Origin: Eledone cirrhosa
Taxonomy: Eukaryota
Length of the DNA stretch: 64,000 nt
Direction: 5' to 3'
Assembly: GCA_964016885.1 (NCBI GenBank)
Contig: OZ024742.1
Coordinates: 266,166,001 to 266,230,000, forward strand
A program made the translations under genes and the position numbers. Within the stretch, counting starts at the first letter, position 1; every line of letters begins with the position of its first letter. Below, piece by piece: positions 1 to 13,827 of the stretch. The notes under the pieces were generated by a model. The model made no database searches. It worked only from the letters and a program-made list of their open reading frames with translations, and was not told the origin of the DNA.

Positions 1-285
1 AATGTAATGAACCAGGACAAATAGCACAAACCATTTGTCCCAAACTCAAATGATTCTGCTAATCCACTATTCTCATTCTCCATAAAATACTGCCAGCAGA
101 TGTGGCTTTAAGAAAAACATTCGGAAGCAAAACTATTATACTTATTTATATCCTAGATACTATGTTGACAGATTGTGATCAATACACAGTTGTATCATTT
201 TCAAATCTTAAACTTTTAGGCCATATTTGATTCATATTTAAACCTGCAAAGAATTCATGAATACTTACAAAAATCAATAACTTAC

Positions 286-363
286 CTAATGTAACTATCA
301 TATGTTGTTCTAACCATTCCCAGTCTCTGTGAATCTCTTTCTTGTTGTTAGCTATAGCCACAG
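286..363 (-). CDS. TBC1D9: TBC1D9-like coding exon 4 (VAIANNKKEIHRDWEWLEQHMIVTL); the gene continues beyond the window start
   Basis: cttacag| acceptor and |gtaagt donor; 78 nt, phase 1 to phase 1. Matches the family motif KEIxxxWEWLEQNLLxTL. Confidence 0.92.
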
Positions 364-1247
364 CTGTAAGACAAATAAAATATATCTTAGATATATAACC
401 ATTGTTGTAAATGCTACACTTGTGAATCTATGTATATGAATGTGATTGTATACATTCATGGACATCCAGTCTATACCATCAAAAATATCAAGTTATTTGA
501 AGGTAACTTACTATATATACCCATATCTAACTTGCAATGGTGAATAAGTTACACTCCCCTTTATGTTTATAATATTTTGGCTTACATAAGTGGCATGTTG
601 TTCATAAATACTGTTTGTAATTTCATTTGTAGATATGCTTAAATCAATAGAAAATATTTAGTTAAAATTACAACAATCACTGCTAGTACAATCTTGCAAA
701 GTTCTACAACCATAGACACCATAGCAATGCGTTTTTATACCTGGAACAATCAAATTAACTGGCGATTTTAAATCTCCACTCCTAACTGACTAACAATTTA
801 TGACGCACTTAATTGACATTAGGATTACAGCCGAACAATAGAAAACTGTGCATATATCTTTTGCACACATGGAAGTCATTATTGTTTTCACACAAGCTAT
901 CATCAACACATATTTCTTTAAGAGGTTGATATTCATGTAGAGTGAATATTGATATAAACAGCTTGCCCATTTGTGTTTGTGTGTATGGATCCAAGTGTAT
1001 ATGTATGTGTGTTAGTGAGTGCTTTGATTTTCAAATTGGTAGCAAAACTTGGTATATAGGTCTTATGCAATTTTTTTAGCCCACTGTTTTTAGCGAAATG
1101 CAGCAATTTATCTATGAGTATTTTTGTTAGATAGATAAAAATCACTGCAGCAACCTCAAGTGTGAATGTTCATATGAATGAGTATCTGCATGCATGCATA
1201 TGCAGCCAATAGTATCAGAATTACTAAGTTATTTGAGACTAACTTAC

Positions 1248-1299
1248 TGTAGCTGACTTCTGAATTTGTAGTTTGGTGAAGAATTCTATATGGCGGAGT
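1248..1299 (-). CDS. TBC1D9: TBC1D9-like coding exon 3 (TPPYRILHQTTNSEVSY-T)
   Basis: ttttccag| acceptor and |gtaagt donor; 52 nt, phase 0 to phase 1. Matches the family motif PYRILxQT. Confidence 0.9.
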
Positions 1300-1720
1300 C
1301 TGGAAAATGAAACAAAAAAACAGTACAAAATCAACTTAATATTTTATGTGTCTCACAATCATCTCACGTTCATTTTCCCTACTAGCAAGCACTGGACAGG
1401 TCATCATAGATTAAGACAGTATTGCAGCTACAGACTTCTCAGATGGATCAGGAGCCATATCTTACATACTTTCCTACACCCTGCATGATGTACTGGGTGT
1501 GTTTTATTGTGACGCCAGCCCAAGAGGGTTGTCATGCCTTTGACATAACTGAGGAGTCTTCTTGACACTGTTTGACTAGTTTTCTATTGCTGGATGCTCT
1601 TCATAAAACCATCCCCTTTACAAGGAGTACTGGGTGTATTTTATCATATTACCAACATGCTGTTGACACAACTGAAGAGTTCTCTCGGCATACACACATA
1701 TATAAGTATAGTCATTAACA

Positions 1721-3527
1721 ACTATATATAATATAAAAGAGATGTTTATTGGTTGGTTAGTTGCATGAAAACTACACAGACACATCTAAAAAGAGAGAGA
1801 GAGAGGCTGTTATATAGAGAGATATACAATTAAAGTGTTAGATATTCAGAGAGAAAGAGAGAGAGAGACGTCCTACAAAAGTCTTTGATTTTATAGAACA
1901 AAGAAAAAATTAATACTATTTGGAATTAATCTACAGTGTGTATTAAGTTGGATTTTTGAAGATAGGGTCATGTTATTATTGACCTAATTCAGATAACATA
2001 GTGTCAATGTATTCTCTAAAGCTACTATTTACATTTATTTCTATTTTTATACTGCTTTGTATTGTTGTTTTTCACAATATTTTCCAAGAAAATTAATTTC
2101 ATCATGTCACCAAAACACTGCTTATCTATCTTGGGGGGGTTTACAATGTCTGCCAAACAGTTGAAATCTTCAAACGAAAGAGAAACTCACAAACAATATA
2201 AAAAAAGACTTGGGAATAAAGGGACAAGTAAACATTGTGACATTCAGCAGAATAAGAGATGGGAAACAGAAAGGTTAAGACAACAAAAAACGATCGCAAC
2301 TTTCTGAAAGTATACAGAACCTGAGACAGGAAACAGAAAGATGAAGGCTAGAAGAAAGACTATCGCAACAAATAGAGGTTCAATATGAAAATCACCAAGA
2401 GGCAATGAGAGTTGCAATGCAAATTCGACGAGCACAATGAAATCTTCAAAGCAGAACAAACTGGTTAGAGCTGCGTTTTCACATGATCCATTGAAGAATT
2501 ATAGAAATGATCCTAAAGTCGCGATTGGTAGCATGGATATGTAGTGACCTACATTCCGCGGGCTCACATACATTCTCTGTGCGTGATTTGGCTCAGTTCA
2601 GCCAATCAGCGCCAGTAGAAGAGGATGTATCCCTACGCGCCCTGAGGAAGAAATTCACCGCGAAGATTTGAAGAATCTCGCTCTTGTACCGGAAACTTCA
2701 AGCCAGCAACACGCATAATGTAACAGTGAGATATTGCACCACTAGCCTCGCCGGCTTAACGGCGCAATGGCACATTCTCTTTTGTAACCTCTTTTTATCT
2801 GTAACTTCAACCATATAAATAAACAAACATTTCATCTCTAATTACTGCAGTTGAAGTCGTTGTTATGTTACTCGTGTCTCAATGACATCTTTAATCCATG
2901 CTGCTGGAATTGGCGACCTGACGAAAGGAATATTGTAAATAGATGGTAAATAGATCGAGGGACCTTCCCTCGCGTCTATGTCGACAAGATAATCCAACGA
3001 GGATACTATCACTTACCACACTGGCAACTAACGACCACTGATTCTACCACCCTGCTAAAGTGGCGATAACATCTATAACTAATACTGCTAAAGATATTAC
3101 ACTTGGCATGTGTTACTTAGGAGGAAAGGTCAGACTTCCACTGATAGAGGACCCTTCAGCTTTTATCTATATACTGCTTACAGACCGTACTAACGAAGCT
3201 AAACACTTCAGAAGCAATGTTATGCGGTATATTGCTGCGTTGCAGATGACATCCTTTGAAGCTGAAAAAGATCATACTGACCATGATTATTTCACATTTA
3301 AAATCCAAGGCTAATGCTACCATTTATTCAACAGTTTACTCTCCCAGCCTATTAAGGAAGTTTTGCGATTGTTTTTTGTATTCTCTCTCTCTCTCACATG
3401 CACACACACACACATTATGGTCTCACTTCATACTGTAAACCAGACAATACATCCAATACAGTCGTTTTCTCTTGTATCTGTCTTCTCTTAACTGTTCTCC
3501 CAAGCAAAGCCGGGTACCTCAGCTAGT
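1721..3527 (+). mobile_element. Degenerate Helitron remnant
   Basis: Rep N-terminal-like peptides AAFSHDPLKNYRNDPKVAIGSMD and GMCYLGGKVRLP...HFRSNVMRY...QMTSF...TFKIQG. 3' end ccc..gcaaagccggg followed by CTAGT (3499-3527). 5' boundary approximate. Confidence 0.7.
2540..3071 (+). mobile_element. LTR-like insertion interrupting the Helitron coding remnant
   Basis: Starts TGTAG and ends ...TAACA; CpG-rich relative to its flanks. Contains CCAAT (agccaatcagc), AATAAA (~2818) and PBS-like TGGCGACC. It splits the Helitron peptide. No clean TSD. Confidence 0.45.
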
Positions 3528-3596
3528 TATATATATAAGAGTGTATTGCAGTTTGCTGGAAGCATTGTGTTAGCATATAAAATAGTGTTATTCGTG

Positions 3597-3946
3597 TGAC
3601 AATGCAAAATCGACGGTAGATTTTGGAATAAACTGAAAGCAACGAAGATGTTGGTGTGTCACCTGTTATTTTATTTACTTGTCCAAAACTTTGTGTCTAA
3701 AAATCCATTCATTAGAAGACTATAGGGAGAAACTGGCTCAGAGTTCATGCTTTTGTTGTTAGAGGAAAAAAGGGCTATCCTCTAACAACAAAAGCACAAA
3801 CATCAAGTCAGTTTCTCATTATAGTCTTCTGAGCAAGGCTTTTAGACCCGAAATATTAGGACAGGAAAGTAAATTAACAGGCAACACACCAACATCTTTG
3901 TTGCCTTCAATTTATTCAAATATCTACTGTCTATTTTACATTGTCA
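3597..3946. repeat. Diverged fold-back element (arms 3597-3766 and 3778-3946) with decayed hammerhead-like motif
   Basis: The arms are reverse complements (gcttttgttgttagagga / tcctctaacaacaaaagc). The right arm reads gtctt-CTGAGCA...GAAA-tat-t-aggac. Confidence 0.65.
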
Positions 3947-4143
3947 TAGCCTTCAAAAAATAATTTTTTTAAAGTCAGATATAGGTAGTTACTTCATTGT
4001 TTTACAATCATTTCAAAGGGTTGATTAATCATGGTAGATCAATATATAAACTAGCATGGTAGTGGTTCCGTTGCTACCTGTTCCTAGTCTCGAAATCCCT
4101 GATCAATCCAACTGTCTTCCTCAGAAACACTGAACTATGATTT

Positions 4144-4249
4144 TCATCCTTTGCCCTTTATAAATTTCTACTGAATTGTTCTGGCTTTCTGAAATACTTA
4201 TCAATCATTTATTACTTATCTCACAATGCTTCATACTAACCTATACTAC

Positions 4250-4304
<55 letters not shown>

Positions 4305-4388
4305 AACGAGCTAGACGTTTCTGTAAAGAACGTCTAGTTTCCTGAAACCTTTGGTAATCGAATAATTATATTGTGTTGTTTATTATGT

Positions 4389-4425
<37 letters not shown>

Positions 4426-4535
4426 TAATGTAGTATAGTTAAAAATGAAGCATTATGATATATGTAATAAATGATTGATAAGTATTTCAGAAAGCCAGTA
4501 CACTGCAGTAGACATTTATAAAGGGCAAAGGATGA
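4144..4535. repeat. Inverted repeat (4144-4253 and ~4424-4535) around (TA)n and a truncated hammerhead-like core
   Basis: tcatcctttgccctttataaat...ctttctgaaatacttatcaatcatttattac and its reverse complement are both present. Confidence 0.7.
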
Positions 4536-5124
4536 CAATTAAAACAAAAGAAAGTAATGTTTTTATTTCCCAGTATATTTCAACATATTTCAGGGTTATT
4601 ACCCTCTTTTCAAATACAAAACAAAAACGAACTGGTCCAAGTGTCTGGATTGCACATGTGTAGAACAGTCATAGGAGCCACACTGCTCCATGTAGTTCTG
4701 ATATATTGTTTATTTGTGGCTTCTGTGTGATTAGAGCCTCTTTAATTCTTAAATTCCCCATATTCCTTTCCAACGCTTCTATGGTGACCTTGCTGTCTTG
4801 GTTGTGGCATTTGTCAAGGTGTTTTTTGACAGAAGAAGCTCTTGTCAGTATTCCTTCATCCGTATGCGCAGTATCCAGATGGTACTTCCAATGTATGAGG
4901 AGCTACATTGTCAACAGATGACCTTGTAGACTTCATATGTTCTCATGCACATTTCTGATAAGTTAGAGCTCAATGACCTTACACATCTAGACCTTAGACA
5001 GAAAACTGTGGTGGACAGAACAGAAGTCAATGACCTTTAACTATTTATCCTGACCAGATATTGTAGTTGACAAGACAATGGAATGTAACTAGAAAATTTC
5101 CAAGTTAGCAATTTAATTCATATT

Positions 5125-5975
5125 CATCATTGTAATCGTCATTTTTACGTCCATTTTTCCATGCTTTCATGGATTGGAAGGGTCCTTTTCAGCACAGCAT
5201 CTTTCGATTCACTGTTTCTTCATCATCTCCCCTGGGAGTCTCAGCGATTAGAGGTCTCACGACATCAACCCAGGTCTTTCTCACACTACCTCTACTGTGG
5301 CTTCTTTCCACTGGCATTTCTTCACCCATCGATCATCATCCATATGTACCATATGTCTGTGCCAATGCAGTCTTCTCTCCAGCAAACCACCTCAAATTCC
5401 TCTTAAACCCAACTTCTCTCTCAGTTCATCCAAGCTTTGCCTTTCTCTTACATTTACATTGCACATCCAATGAAGCATGGCTCCTTCATTTCTCTCCAAT
5501 CTTTGCTTGTCTTCAGCAGTCGCAGCCCATGTTTCACTACCATACAGTCGTTTTTTTTGTATGTCGGGAGAAGCCTTTTGTTGTCAATAGTGGGAGTAGT
5601 TCTCTAAACTTCTTCAATCCCATCATTATTCTACCTATTATACTCTCAGAACACCCTCCTCCACTGTTAATTAAGTAGTCAACTAGATAGCAGAAGCTGT
5701 CAACCACTTCTATGGACCCTTCCTGTGACTTGAAGAGGTTTATATCACTGTGCTCTTCCCTTTGATTAATCCTGTGCATCTTCTCCATAAAAAGTCTTCC
5801 TTTCCTAATTACCTGTTATCCCACTACATCTCTGGTGTACCCAAGATTTACACTGTGTACACAGTATGGAGTTTATGCCTCCTTCTTTTTTACATATGGA
5901 GCAGGGCCACTTTCCTGAAGGGACCAGGATCTTATCTTCTTTCCTATTCACTAGCACTTTAGTTTTCTAAAAACA
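5125..5975 (-). mobile_element. Degenerate RTE LINE 3' fragment
   Basis: Peptides EVVDSFCYL...SGGGCSES...KKFRELLPLLTTKGFS, and a degenerate (CAT)n tail at ~5125-5142. Confidence 0.8.
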
Positions 5976-6022
5976 TAAATCAGAGACAACAAGAAAAGAA
6001 AAAGTAATAAATTTCTAGAAAC

Positions 6023-6134
6023 CTTATTGTCCAACACAGTATCCAACGTTCCAACCAATAGTCCAGTGATTCCTCCACCTCCATAGCCCTTCCTTCGCTG
6101 TAGAACAAAAAATGGGTTGGCACGTTCTACAACC
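6023..6134 (-). CDS. TBC1D9: TBC1D9-like coding exon 2 ([37 protein letters not shown])
   Basis: ttgcag| acceptor and |gtttct donor; 112 nt, phase 2 to phase 0. The peptide matches the conserved ERANPYFILQRRKG...[12 protein letters not shown] block. Confidence 0.93.
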
Positions 6135-6704
6135 CTGCAAAATAGACATGATTCATGGCATTGATTAGTGGTGGACAGATGAGACAAGAAACGGAAAAAA
6201 TTGGTGTAATCAATGCACACACATCACTAATCACAGGCACACACACATACGCAATGAAACACATAGCAATACACACAGAGATGTACACACATCCATACAC
6301 ACACACACACACAGAGTAAATTGATTTATTTTAATTCATTAGTAAATGATCTTGGATCTTGCAAAATAGAAAGAGAATTGTGTACAAAATGATATATTTA
6401 AGGAACAGACTTCACTAACAAGATGTAGACATGCTCCACTAACCAGATGTAGAATGTTATCTTTCATAGATACAAGACCATCTAAAAATGTTACTTGTAA
6501 CAAAACATTGTTCTATATGGGGGTAAAATTATCAATCCCTCAGTGTTCAAAAGCTATTACATTCTTTGCATATTCCAAAACTATCATGTTAGATAGCTAT
6601 GTGAACTATAAGACAATGACACAGATATAATATAACACTGTAGTGTGTATAATTATTAGAGATCAGGAAAGCTGTGGTGGTGTACAGAACTAAACGCTAG
6701 CTAT

Positions 6705-7110
6705 ATTTCAGTGGATTGGCAGTATCGGTAGAGGGTTGGACGCCATGCTTTGATGCATAGGGTTACGTCCCTTGCCATTCTGAGTTCAAAACCTGCCGAG
6801 GTTAACTTTGCCTTTCATCCTTATGGGGTCGATAAAATAAAGTACCAGTAATACACTGGGTAATTGCTGGCCTTGTGCCAAAAATAGAAACAATTATATT
6901 TCTTTATATTCAAGGGTGGTGGATTGACAGTATCGGTAGAGGGTCGGACGCCATGCTTTGTAGTATAGAGTTACGGTCCGAGTTCAAATCCCGCCGAGGT
7001 TAACTTTGCCTTTCATCCTTACGGGGTCGATAAAATAAAGTACCAGTAATGCACTGGGATAATTGCTGGCCTTGTGCCAAAAGTAGAAACAATTATATTT
7101 CTTTATATTC
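6705..7110 (+). mobile_element. Two tandem tRNA-derived SINE copies
   Basis: Two ~200 bp near-identical units with A-box/B-box-like motifs (ggattggcagtatcgg; gagttcaaa) and a shared ctttgcctttcatccttayggggtcgataaaataaagtaccag body. Confidence 0.8.
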
Positions 7111-8789
7111 CAAATTTTTCTTTCCAAGGTTGATAAAATAAGTACCAGTTATAAGGAAGATTCAATTCACTACATTGCTCTCTTATAATTTTGTGACCTC
7201 ATCTTAGAACAAGTGTTTTAAGGCCATTTTCCATTGCTGAAGCACAGGTTAGTCTTGCTGGGTCCTACCATATACTTCATGTGACTCTTTTTGAGGCAAT
7301 ATTTTACAGTCAGATGCCTTTCCTGGTACCAACCCCTTAATCACCTCTTACAACACACAGGAATATGGATTACCTATTCTAAACTGGATACACATTACCT
7401 ATTCTAAACTGGATACACACAGGAATGTAACCTAATGTTAATGTAGGACAAAATTGAGAAATTTGTCAAATTCACACAGTGAAGTTCAATATTTAATAAA
7501 GAGTAGAGGTGGGGTGGAGTAGTAAACTAAAGAATGGTAAGAGCAAGAAAGAGATAGAAAACATGAGAGAGAAGGACAGAGTGTGAGAGAAAAGGAGTCA
7601 ACAGGTCAAAGATTAAAGTTCATATTGAAATAACAAAAACATTCTATAAATAGAGCCTACATCATGTTTGATAAAATTTAGTTATGGATAGTTATTTATT
7701 TTCCATCCAAACAAAGAAGCATACACACACATACACACACACATATTATACACATACAACCATATACAAACACACACACAGGTTCCCTATCTAGGAGTAA
7801 ATTTATCTCCACTTCACACCATTAAAATGTAGATGCACATGTACCCTTAAAAGCCACAGAGTGTTTAGTTAGTATTATATTATTTTCCCAGACAATAAAG
7901 TACCAGTAATGTACTGGGTATTTGCTGGTCTTGTGCCGAAAGTAGAAACAATTATATTATTTTCCCAGACAAACAATGAAACCAGCAAATATAATCATCA
8001 TCATTTATACATTCACAAAATATGCCAGCATAGAAAATATATGTAAAATGATGATGATTCTCCATGCTGGCATGGATTACACAAGTCTTTCTGAGGTAGT
8101 TTTTCTACGGTCAAGTGCAATTCCTCATAACATACTTTACTTTTAGCTATGGTAAATAAAGCTCATCTTCATCAAATGGGAGACTAGTATGTATTATTTA
8201 GGTGGGGCATAAACAAATGTCACCACCAACTTTAAAATGGTTTTGATATAAAAATGCACATGAAACAAACACACATATAAACATATGCACTACCGCATGC
8301 ATGATATCTGGCATCTTCAAAGTTTGCAAAACTTTCTTGTGATTCAAGGCATGACAATTTCTTTTCTTTTACAACCTTGCCACCAGGAAGGTGGCCAGTC
8401 AAAAATGTACTTGAAATTAAGAGAAAGAGAACATACACACATACATACATGTACAGATACAAAACATATGCACATCCACACATAGAATATCATCCATACA
8501 CATATGCATGCATGTAGACATCTACCTAGTTGATGTCTAAATTCCAATGAAAGATTATTGTATCTATGTTAGAAACCAACTCTCTCCCTATTAGTAAAAA
8601 TTTATAAAACCAGAAGAACATGCATGTATCCATTCATCCATCCATCCATATAGTTTAAAGGAACATTGGTAAAACCTAAAAGTAAAAACAGTCACCAAAT
8701 TAAAATACAACCAGCCTGATATTTTTGTTTGGGACCACACTTTAAAAGCATGCTCTGTTGTAGAAGTCAGCTCACCACTTGATGTCAAT

Positions 8790-9013
8790 ATGGTAAGAAA
8801 AACACAAGAGATGGAGGATCATTGATGGGAAGTTTGCAGATCCAGTATTCAAAATACACATTCAGCTTCGGAGCTACAGGTTATATACCAACCTACCTGG
8901 ACCAAAGTATAACTGAACTTAAATTTGTAGAGAAAGAACATAGCTCCTTAATTCATAAATTACAAATGGCTGCAATATCTGGAACCTTCAAAATCTGTAA
9001 AACATTCTTATGA
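8790..9013 (+). mobile_element. Possible C-terminal remnant of a restriction-like-endonuclease non-LTR element
   Basis: The peptide GATGYIP...KLQMAAISGTFKICKTFL* resembles the extreme C-terminus of such ORFs. Short and degenerate. Confidence 0.35.
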
Positions 9014-9256
9014 TTCAAAGGAGAGGAGATGCCTTAAGAAATGCTGTATATCAATATGGTGCCACTACAACTCCCTCAGAAGACCTGAGTCGATGCATGC
9101 AAGTGGAACTGTGAATATATACAATACTTTTCTAAACTTCTAGAAGTAACTGTATACTGTTATCAAAATTTTAGTATCAGAGGTTTGTTTCATGGTGAAA
9201 AAACAACTTCCTCTCTAGAGAAAGAATTCAAAGAATTAATAAATATACATTTAAAT

Positions 9257-9310
<54 letters not shown>

Positions 9311-9399
9311 ATACACATGCATAGGTAACATTAACATACATACACTCATGCTGCAACAATAAATGCTCCAGTTGTTTAATCAATGGTATGGCCTGCTTG

Positions 9400-9670
9400 T
9401 AAAATTAATTTACAAAACAGGCCATCCCATTGATTACACATATTGACTAAGCACTTCAAAGACATATGGTCCTTTAACAAAATTCTCAGCATGGCACAGA
9501 ATGTGATATGCTGGCCCTATGAAGTACAAGTACAACTTATTTTTTGAGTGAACTGGAGAAACATGAAATAAAGTGTCTAGCTCAAGGACACAATTTGCCA
9601 CTGATAACTGAACTCAAGACCTTATGATCATAAGCCAAACACTCGAACCACTAAGACACATGCCTTCACA
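9400..9670 (-). mobile_element. tRNA-derived SINE
   Basis: Reverse complement of the head (ggcatgtgtcttagtggt...gagttcagtt) and of the gtgtccttgagctagacactttatttca core shared with the SINEs at 20605, 27165 and 48270. Confidence 0.65.
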
Positions 9671-9679
9671 AAAAACAAC

Positions 9680-12398
9680 CGAGAAGGAACTGGTAGATAA
9701 AGTAGAAGTGGCAACGTTGCCAGCGTGCTAGCAACGAGAACGGCCTTGGACCAGTTCTTCGACACAAAGCACAAGGGCTGCGTTGTCAGAAGCAAAATAC
9801 GTGCTCTGGGAAACGAGGGAGCCAAAGCTGTTAGCTGGGCCCGAGTGATGGAGGCAAAAAGTGGCCATAAATCCACGATTCAGTCTTTGAAGGACCAAAA
9901 CGGACGCATGATACCTGAGCCGAAGCAGATGTGTGCGGCCTGTTCGGGCAGGGCGGCGCGCCGGGAGGGGCTATGGATTTTGGTCCATACCTCGACGGCC
10001 TACCGCGACTCTCGGACAGCGAGGCAAAGTTCTGCGAAAAGCTGATTTCGGCCGCTGAGATAGGGGACGCGCTGAGCCAATGCGGCAAACGCGAATCTCC
10101 AGGTCTCGACGGTCTACCCTACGAATTTTACATAGCAATGCCGGACTTATTCTCCGGTCTCCTGGAATCAGTCTACTGCAACTGGTAACAGAACGGGAGA
10201 TTCCCAGTTCTGTGACCGGGGGCGTAATCACACTAGTCAGGAAGAACGAGAATAAGGTGGATCACATAGGCAACTTCCGACCCATAACTCTGCTAAACAC
10301 AGAGTTACAGATTTTGGCCAAGGTGTTGGCAAAGAGGCTGGTGCTTGTCGTTGAAAACCTGGTGGGAGAAGCGCAGACATGCGCAATCCCGACCAGGTCC
10401 ATACATGACAACCTCCATCTCATGCGATACATCATAGAGAGGGTAGGGTGTAAACCTGGCTTCGGTGGGGCCCTGATCAACTTGGATCAGTCTAAGGCTT
10501 TCGATAGGGTTGACCATCGTTACCTAGATGCGGTGCTCAAGGCGGCAGGCTTCGGACCCGTGTTCAGGGGCTGGATTGCTGCAATGCACAACAGTAACAT
10601 CTGCTCAAGGGTCAAGGTGAACGGCTACCTCTCAGAGCCGTTCCATATCACGCGATCCATTCAACAGGGATGCCCTCTCTCCTCCCTTCTGTACGTACCG
10701 ACTCTCGAGCCACTACTGCGGAAGTTGGAGCTATTGCAGGGCATCCCTCTGAAACCGGGACTGCCGAAAGCGGCGTTGGCCTACGCCGACGACATGACAG
10801 TAATGGTGTCGAGTGCCTCACAAATCGAGGAAGTCGGTACCTTACTGAAGGAATACAAAAGGTTCACAGGAGCGAAGCTGAACCGGGACAAGTCCATCGG
10901 TTTGCAACTCGGATCGTGGAGAGGCAGACCGATGCCTTCCGATGGCGTCGTCGGATGCTGGACAGAAGAACCGGTAAAGCTGCTCGGGGTCTGGTTTGGT
11001 CCGGACCTCCAGGTGGAGAAGAACTGGAACGAGGTGACGGCCAAGGTGTTTGCACTCACCCAGAAGTGGGCCGAGTGCAAACTATCGTCGAGCGGAGGTG
11101 GCGAACACTTTTATAGCATCCACCATCTACTACCGCTTGACCGTCGTGCCTTGTCCAGCCAAAACGCTCACCAAAATGGAGCGCGCGCTCTTCCAATTCC
11201 TTTGGAAGAGGCGGGCTCCTTTGGTGAGAAGATCCATCTGCTGCCAACACCCTTCCAACGGAGGGCTGGGGATGCCGTGGCTGACGATGCACAAACACGC
11301 GCTCAGGCTGTGGCATCTCTACGTATTCCTCACCGGACAACCGGTGTGGGCCCCGTTCGTGAGGCGAGCCTTCCCACGACTCGTCTCGCTTGTCGAGCTG
11401 CAGTCCTGAGTCAAGCAAAGACCGAGGAAAATGGGAGACTGGCACATCGAATGTGCTCAGGCGCTCACAGCCCTCTGGCAGGCGGACCCGGCGATCAGTG
11501 GAGACTCCACTTTGTCATTCTACAGAGGGTTGATCCGCAGCAAGTGCGACGACGTGCTCGGTGAAACTCTAGGCGTAGAGGAAGACAAACTGGCCAGTCT
11601 ATTCGGTAGGACCTTCCGCCCGGGACCGATGGACAACTTCCAAAAGTCCCTGGCCTGGCAGTGCTACCGAGGAGCTCTACCAGTTTGTGACAAGCTCTAC
11701 AGACATGGGCGCCCGGGCAGGGACCCTGCAAAAAAGATCTGTCCGAGGTGCGTGCAAGACGAAGAAATCGTTGCGCACGCATTCATACACTGCCCGGGCG
11801 TCACTGACCTGTGGGGCTATGTAGAACGACTATTGTTGTGGGTGGGACCAATCCAGTTGACCACCGAGTTCATTGTCATGATCAAACCACCACCCTCCTT
11901 CAAAAGCGAAGGAGAGGCGGTTTTCCTTTGTGTGATAGCTATGGCGAAAGAGGTTGTATGGTGGACAAGGTTGAAAGGGCTGAGGTCAGACACCTTTCTC
12001 TCCGGCCAACAACTGATCCTTTTTTTCAAATACCACTTTGGAAGAAGAATCAGGATGGAGAGAGAGGTGCTGTACCCCAGCAAGTTTTATGAAAGGTGAG
12101 TGAAAGTGGCGAGAATGGCCCGAGTGAATGGGCCTTCTCTCTATATCAGCCTGTAGGTTGAGGAAAAAGAGAAGGAGAGGAAAGGAGTACAAACTCTTCA
12201 TACTCATGGAGATGAGGGTTGCACATTTTTTTTCGGGGGTATGTGTTACCCATACGTAATGTCTCCCCCTATTGGGGAAAAATCGACTAATTTTTAAATT
12301 GCATTTGTGATAATATTTTACACATTTTTATTGTATGTAAACTTCCCCCTTTGTATTTGTCCCCTTCTTTTGTGCCCTTGTGGCTAATGAAGAAACAT
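9680..12398 (+). mobile_element. 5'-truncated, frameshifted L1/Tx1-clade LINE ORF2 plus 3' UTR
   Basis: SPGLDGLPYEFY, NFRPITLLNTE, LDQSKAFDRVDH, QGCPLS, AYADD, GGLGMP, and the C-terminal zinc finger CPRC...AHAFIHC, spread over several frames. Confidence 0.92.
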
Positions 12399-12417
12399 AT
12401 CTATATATATATATATA

Positions 12418-13305
12418 TCATCATCATTTTACAGCCACTTTTCCCTGCTTGCAAGGGTGGGACGGGTCCTCTTGAGCACAGCATCTCTCCATTCGTCACG
12501 GTCCCTCGTCATCTCCTCTGTGAGCTTCAGCGATCTGAGGTCAGCTCTCACCACCTCCACCCATGTTTTTCGTGGTTTTCCTTCCACTGGGATTTCTTGG
12601 CACTTCTTCACCTAGTGGTCATCTTCCATGCGCATCACATGGCCATACCAATGCAGTCTTCTCGCCCGCACACTACAGCTTATCCCTCTTATACAGAGTT
12701 TCACTCTCAACTCGTCTATGCTTGGTCATTCATGCACATAAACATTGCACATCCATCAGAGCATGTTTGCTTCATTTCTCTCCAGCCTTGGCATATCTTC
12801 TGCTGTTGTTGCTCATGTCTAACTACTATGCAGCATCGCTCATCACACACAGGCATCATATAACCAACCTTTCATTCGTAGGGAGAAACCCTTTGTTGTC
12901 AAGAGGAAACAGCTCCCTAAACTTCTTCCATCCTGTCCTTATTCTAGATACTTTGACCTCGGAGCATCCCCCTCCCTTGCTAATCTGATCACCTAGATAT
13001 CAGAAGCTATCAACCACCTCTATAAATCCTACCTGTATTTGAAAAATGTGCCTATCACTGACACTTCTATCAATCTTCCCTGAACATCTACTACATATGA
13101 AGTTTTCTCTTCCTGTCAGTTTGCCTGATATCCCACTACACCTCTTGTGTACCCAAGATCTGCATTGTATACATTCTATAGAGTGTATGCCAACTCCTTT
13201 TCTACATATCAAGCATGGCCATTTCCCTGGTGGAATCAGAGTCTTGCCCTCTTTCCTACTTATCAACACTTTAGTCTTTGCTAGGTTCATTCTCAGTCTG
13301 AAAAA
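12418..13305 (-). mobile_element. RTE LINE 3' fragment (family C) with (CAT)n tail
   Basis: MNLAKTKVL..GKWPCLICRKG..CIQC..WVHKRC..CSRC and GKPRKTW; tail at 12418-12427. Confidence 0.85.
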
Positions 13306-13717
13306 CTGAAAAATTTTAAGACTGAAAAACGTAGTCAAACTTAAAAAATTAAAAAAGTCAAAATTAAAAAATATATTCTGGAGATGTATTTTTATATTCT
13401 TAAATTTATATTTGATCTATGCACCTGCTTTTATAGACTTTTGTAATGCTTATGTTATATGTTAATTTATTAATTATGATATACACCTTGCACTATACTT
13501 AACTTCCTTATAGCAGCATATTTCTCTATACCAGCATGTTTTTAAGTTAATGCTTTTAGCTGCTCATAATTGCATTTATATGCTCATATTTTTCATATGC
13601 CTCTTCTATCTTTGCTTTCTTCTCTTATATAAATGTTAATATTTATGCTTTCTTTCCATATTGTGTATCCTCAAGATGTTCTTTGACAAGTTTATTTGTG
13701 TTTTAACCTGTGATTTA

Positions 13718-13764
13718 TACTCCGATGATTCCGGCCATGTGCTTGGATGAAATGATCGTTAGTA
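13718..13764 (+). ncRNA. Variant minimal hammerhead motif (CCGAUGA core), probably a Penelope-like terminal repeat
   Basis: tact-CCGATGA-ttccggccatgtgcttggat-GAAA-tgatcg-TT-agta. Stem I is tact/agta and stem III is near-palindromic; it is followed by an AT-rich tail running into (TA)n. Confidence 0.5.
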
Positions 13765-13827
13765 ATCAAATGTTCTAAAACACTCTTTGATTGTTATTTA
13801 TGAGGTATATATATATATATATATATA

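Noticed and set aside
179-285. ORF extension beyond TBC1D9-like exon 4 (GKLLIFVS...)
   Set aside because: Intron read-through past the GTAAGT donor; family similarity ends at 286.
6705-7110. tRNA genes
   Set aside because: A/B-box-like motifs are present but there is no cloverleaf; the bodies are SINE sequence. The same applies to 20605, 27165 and 48270.
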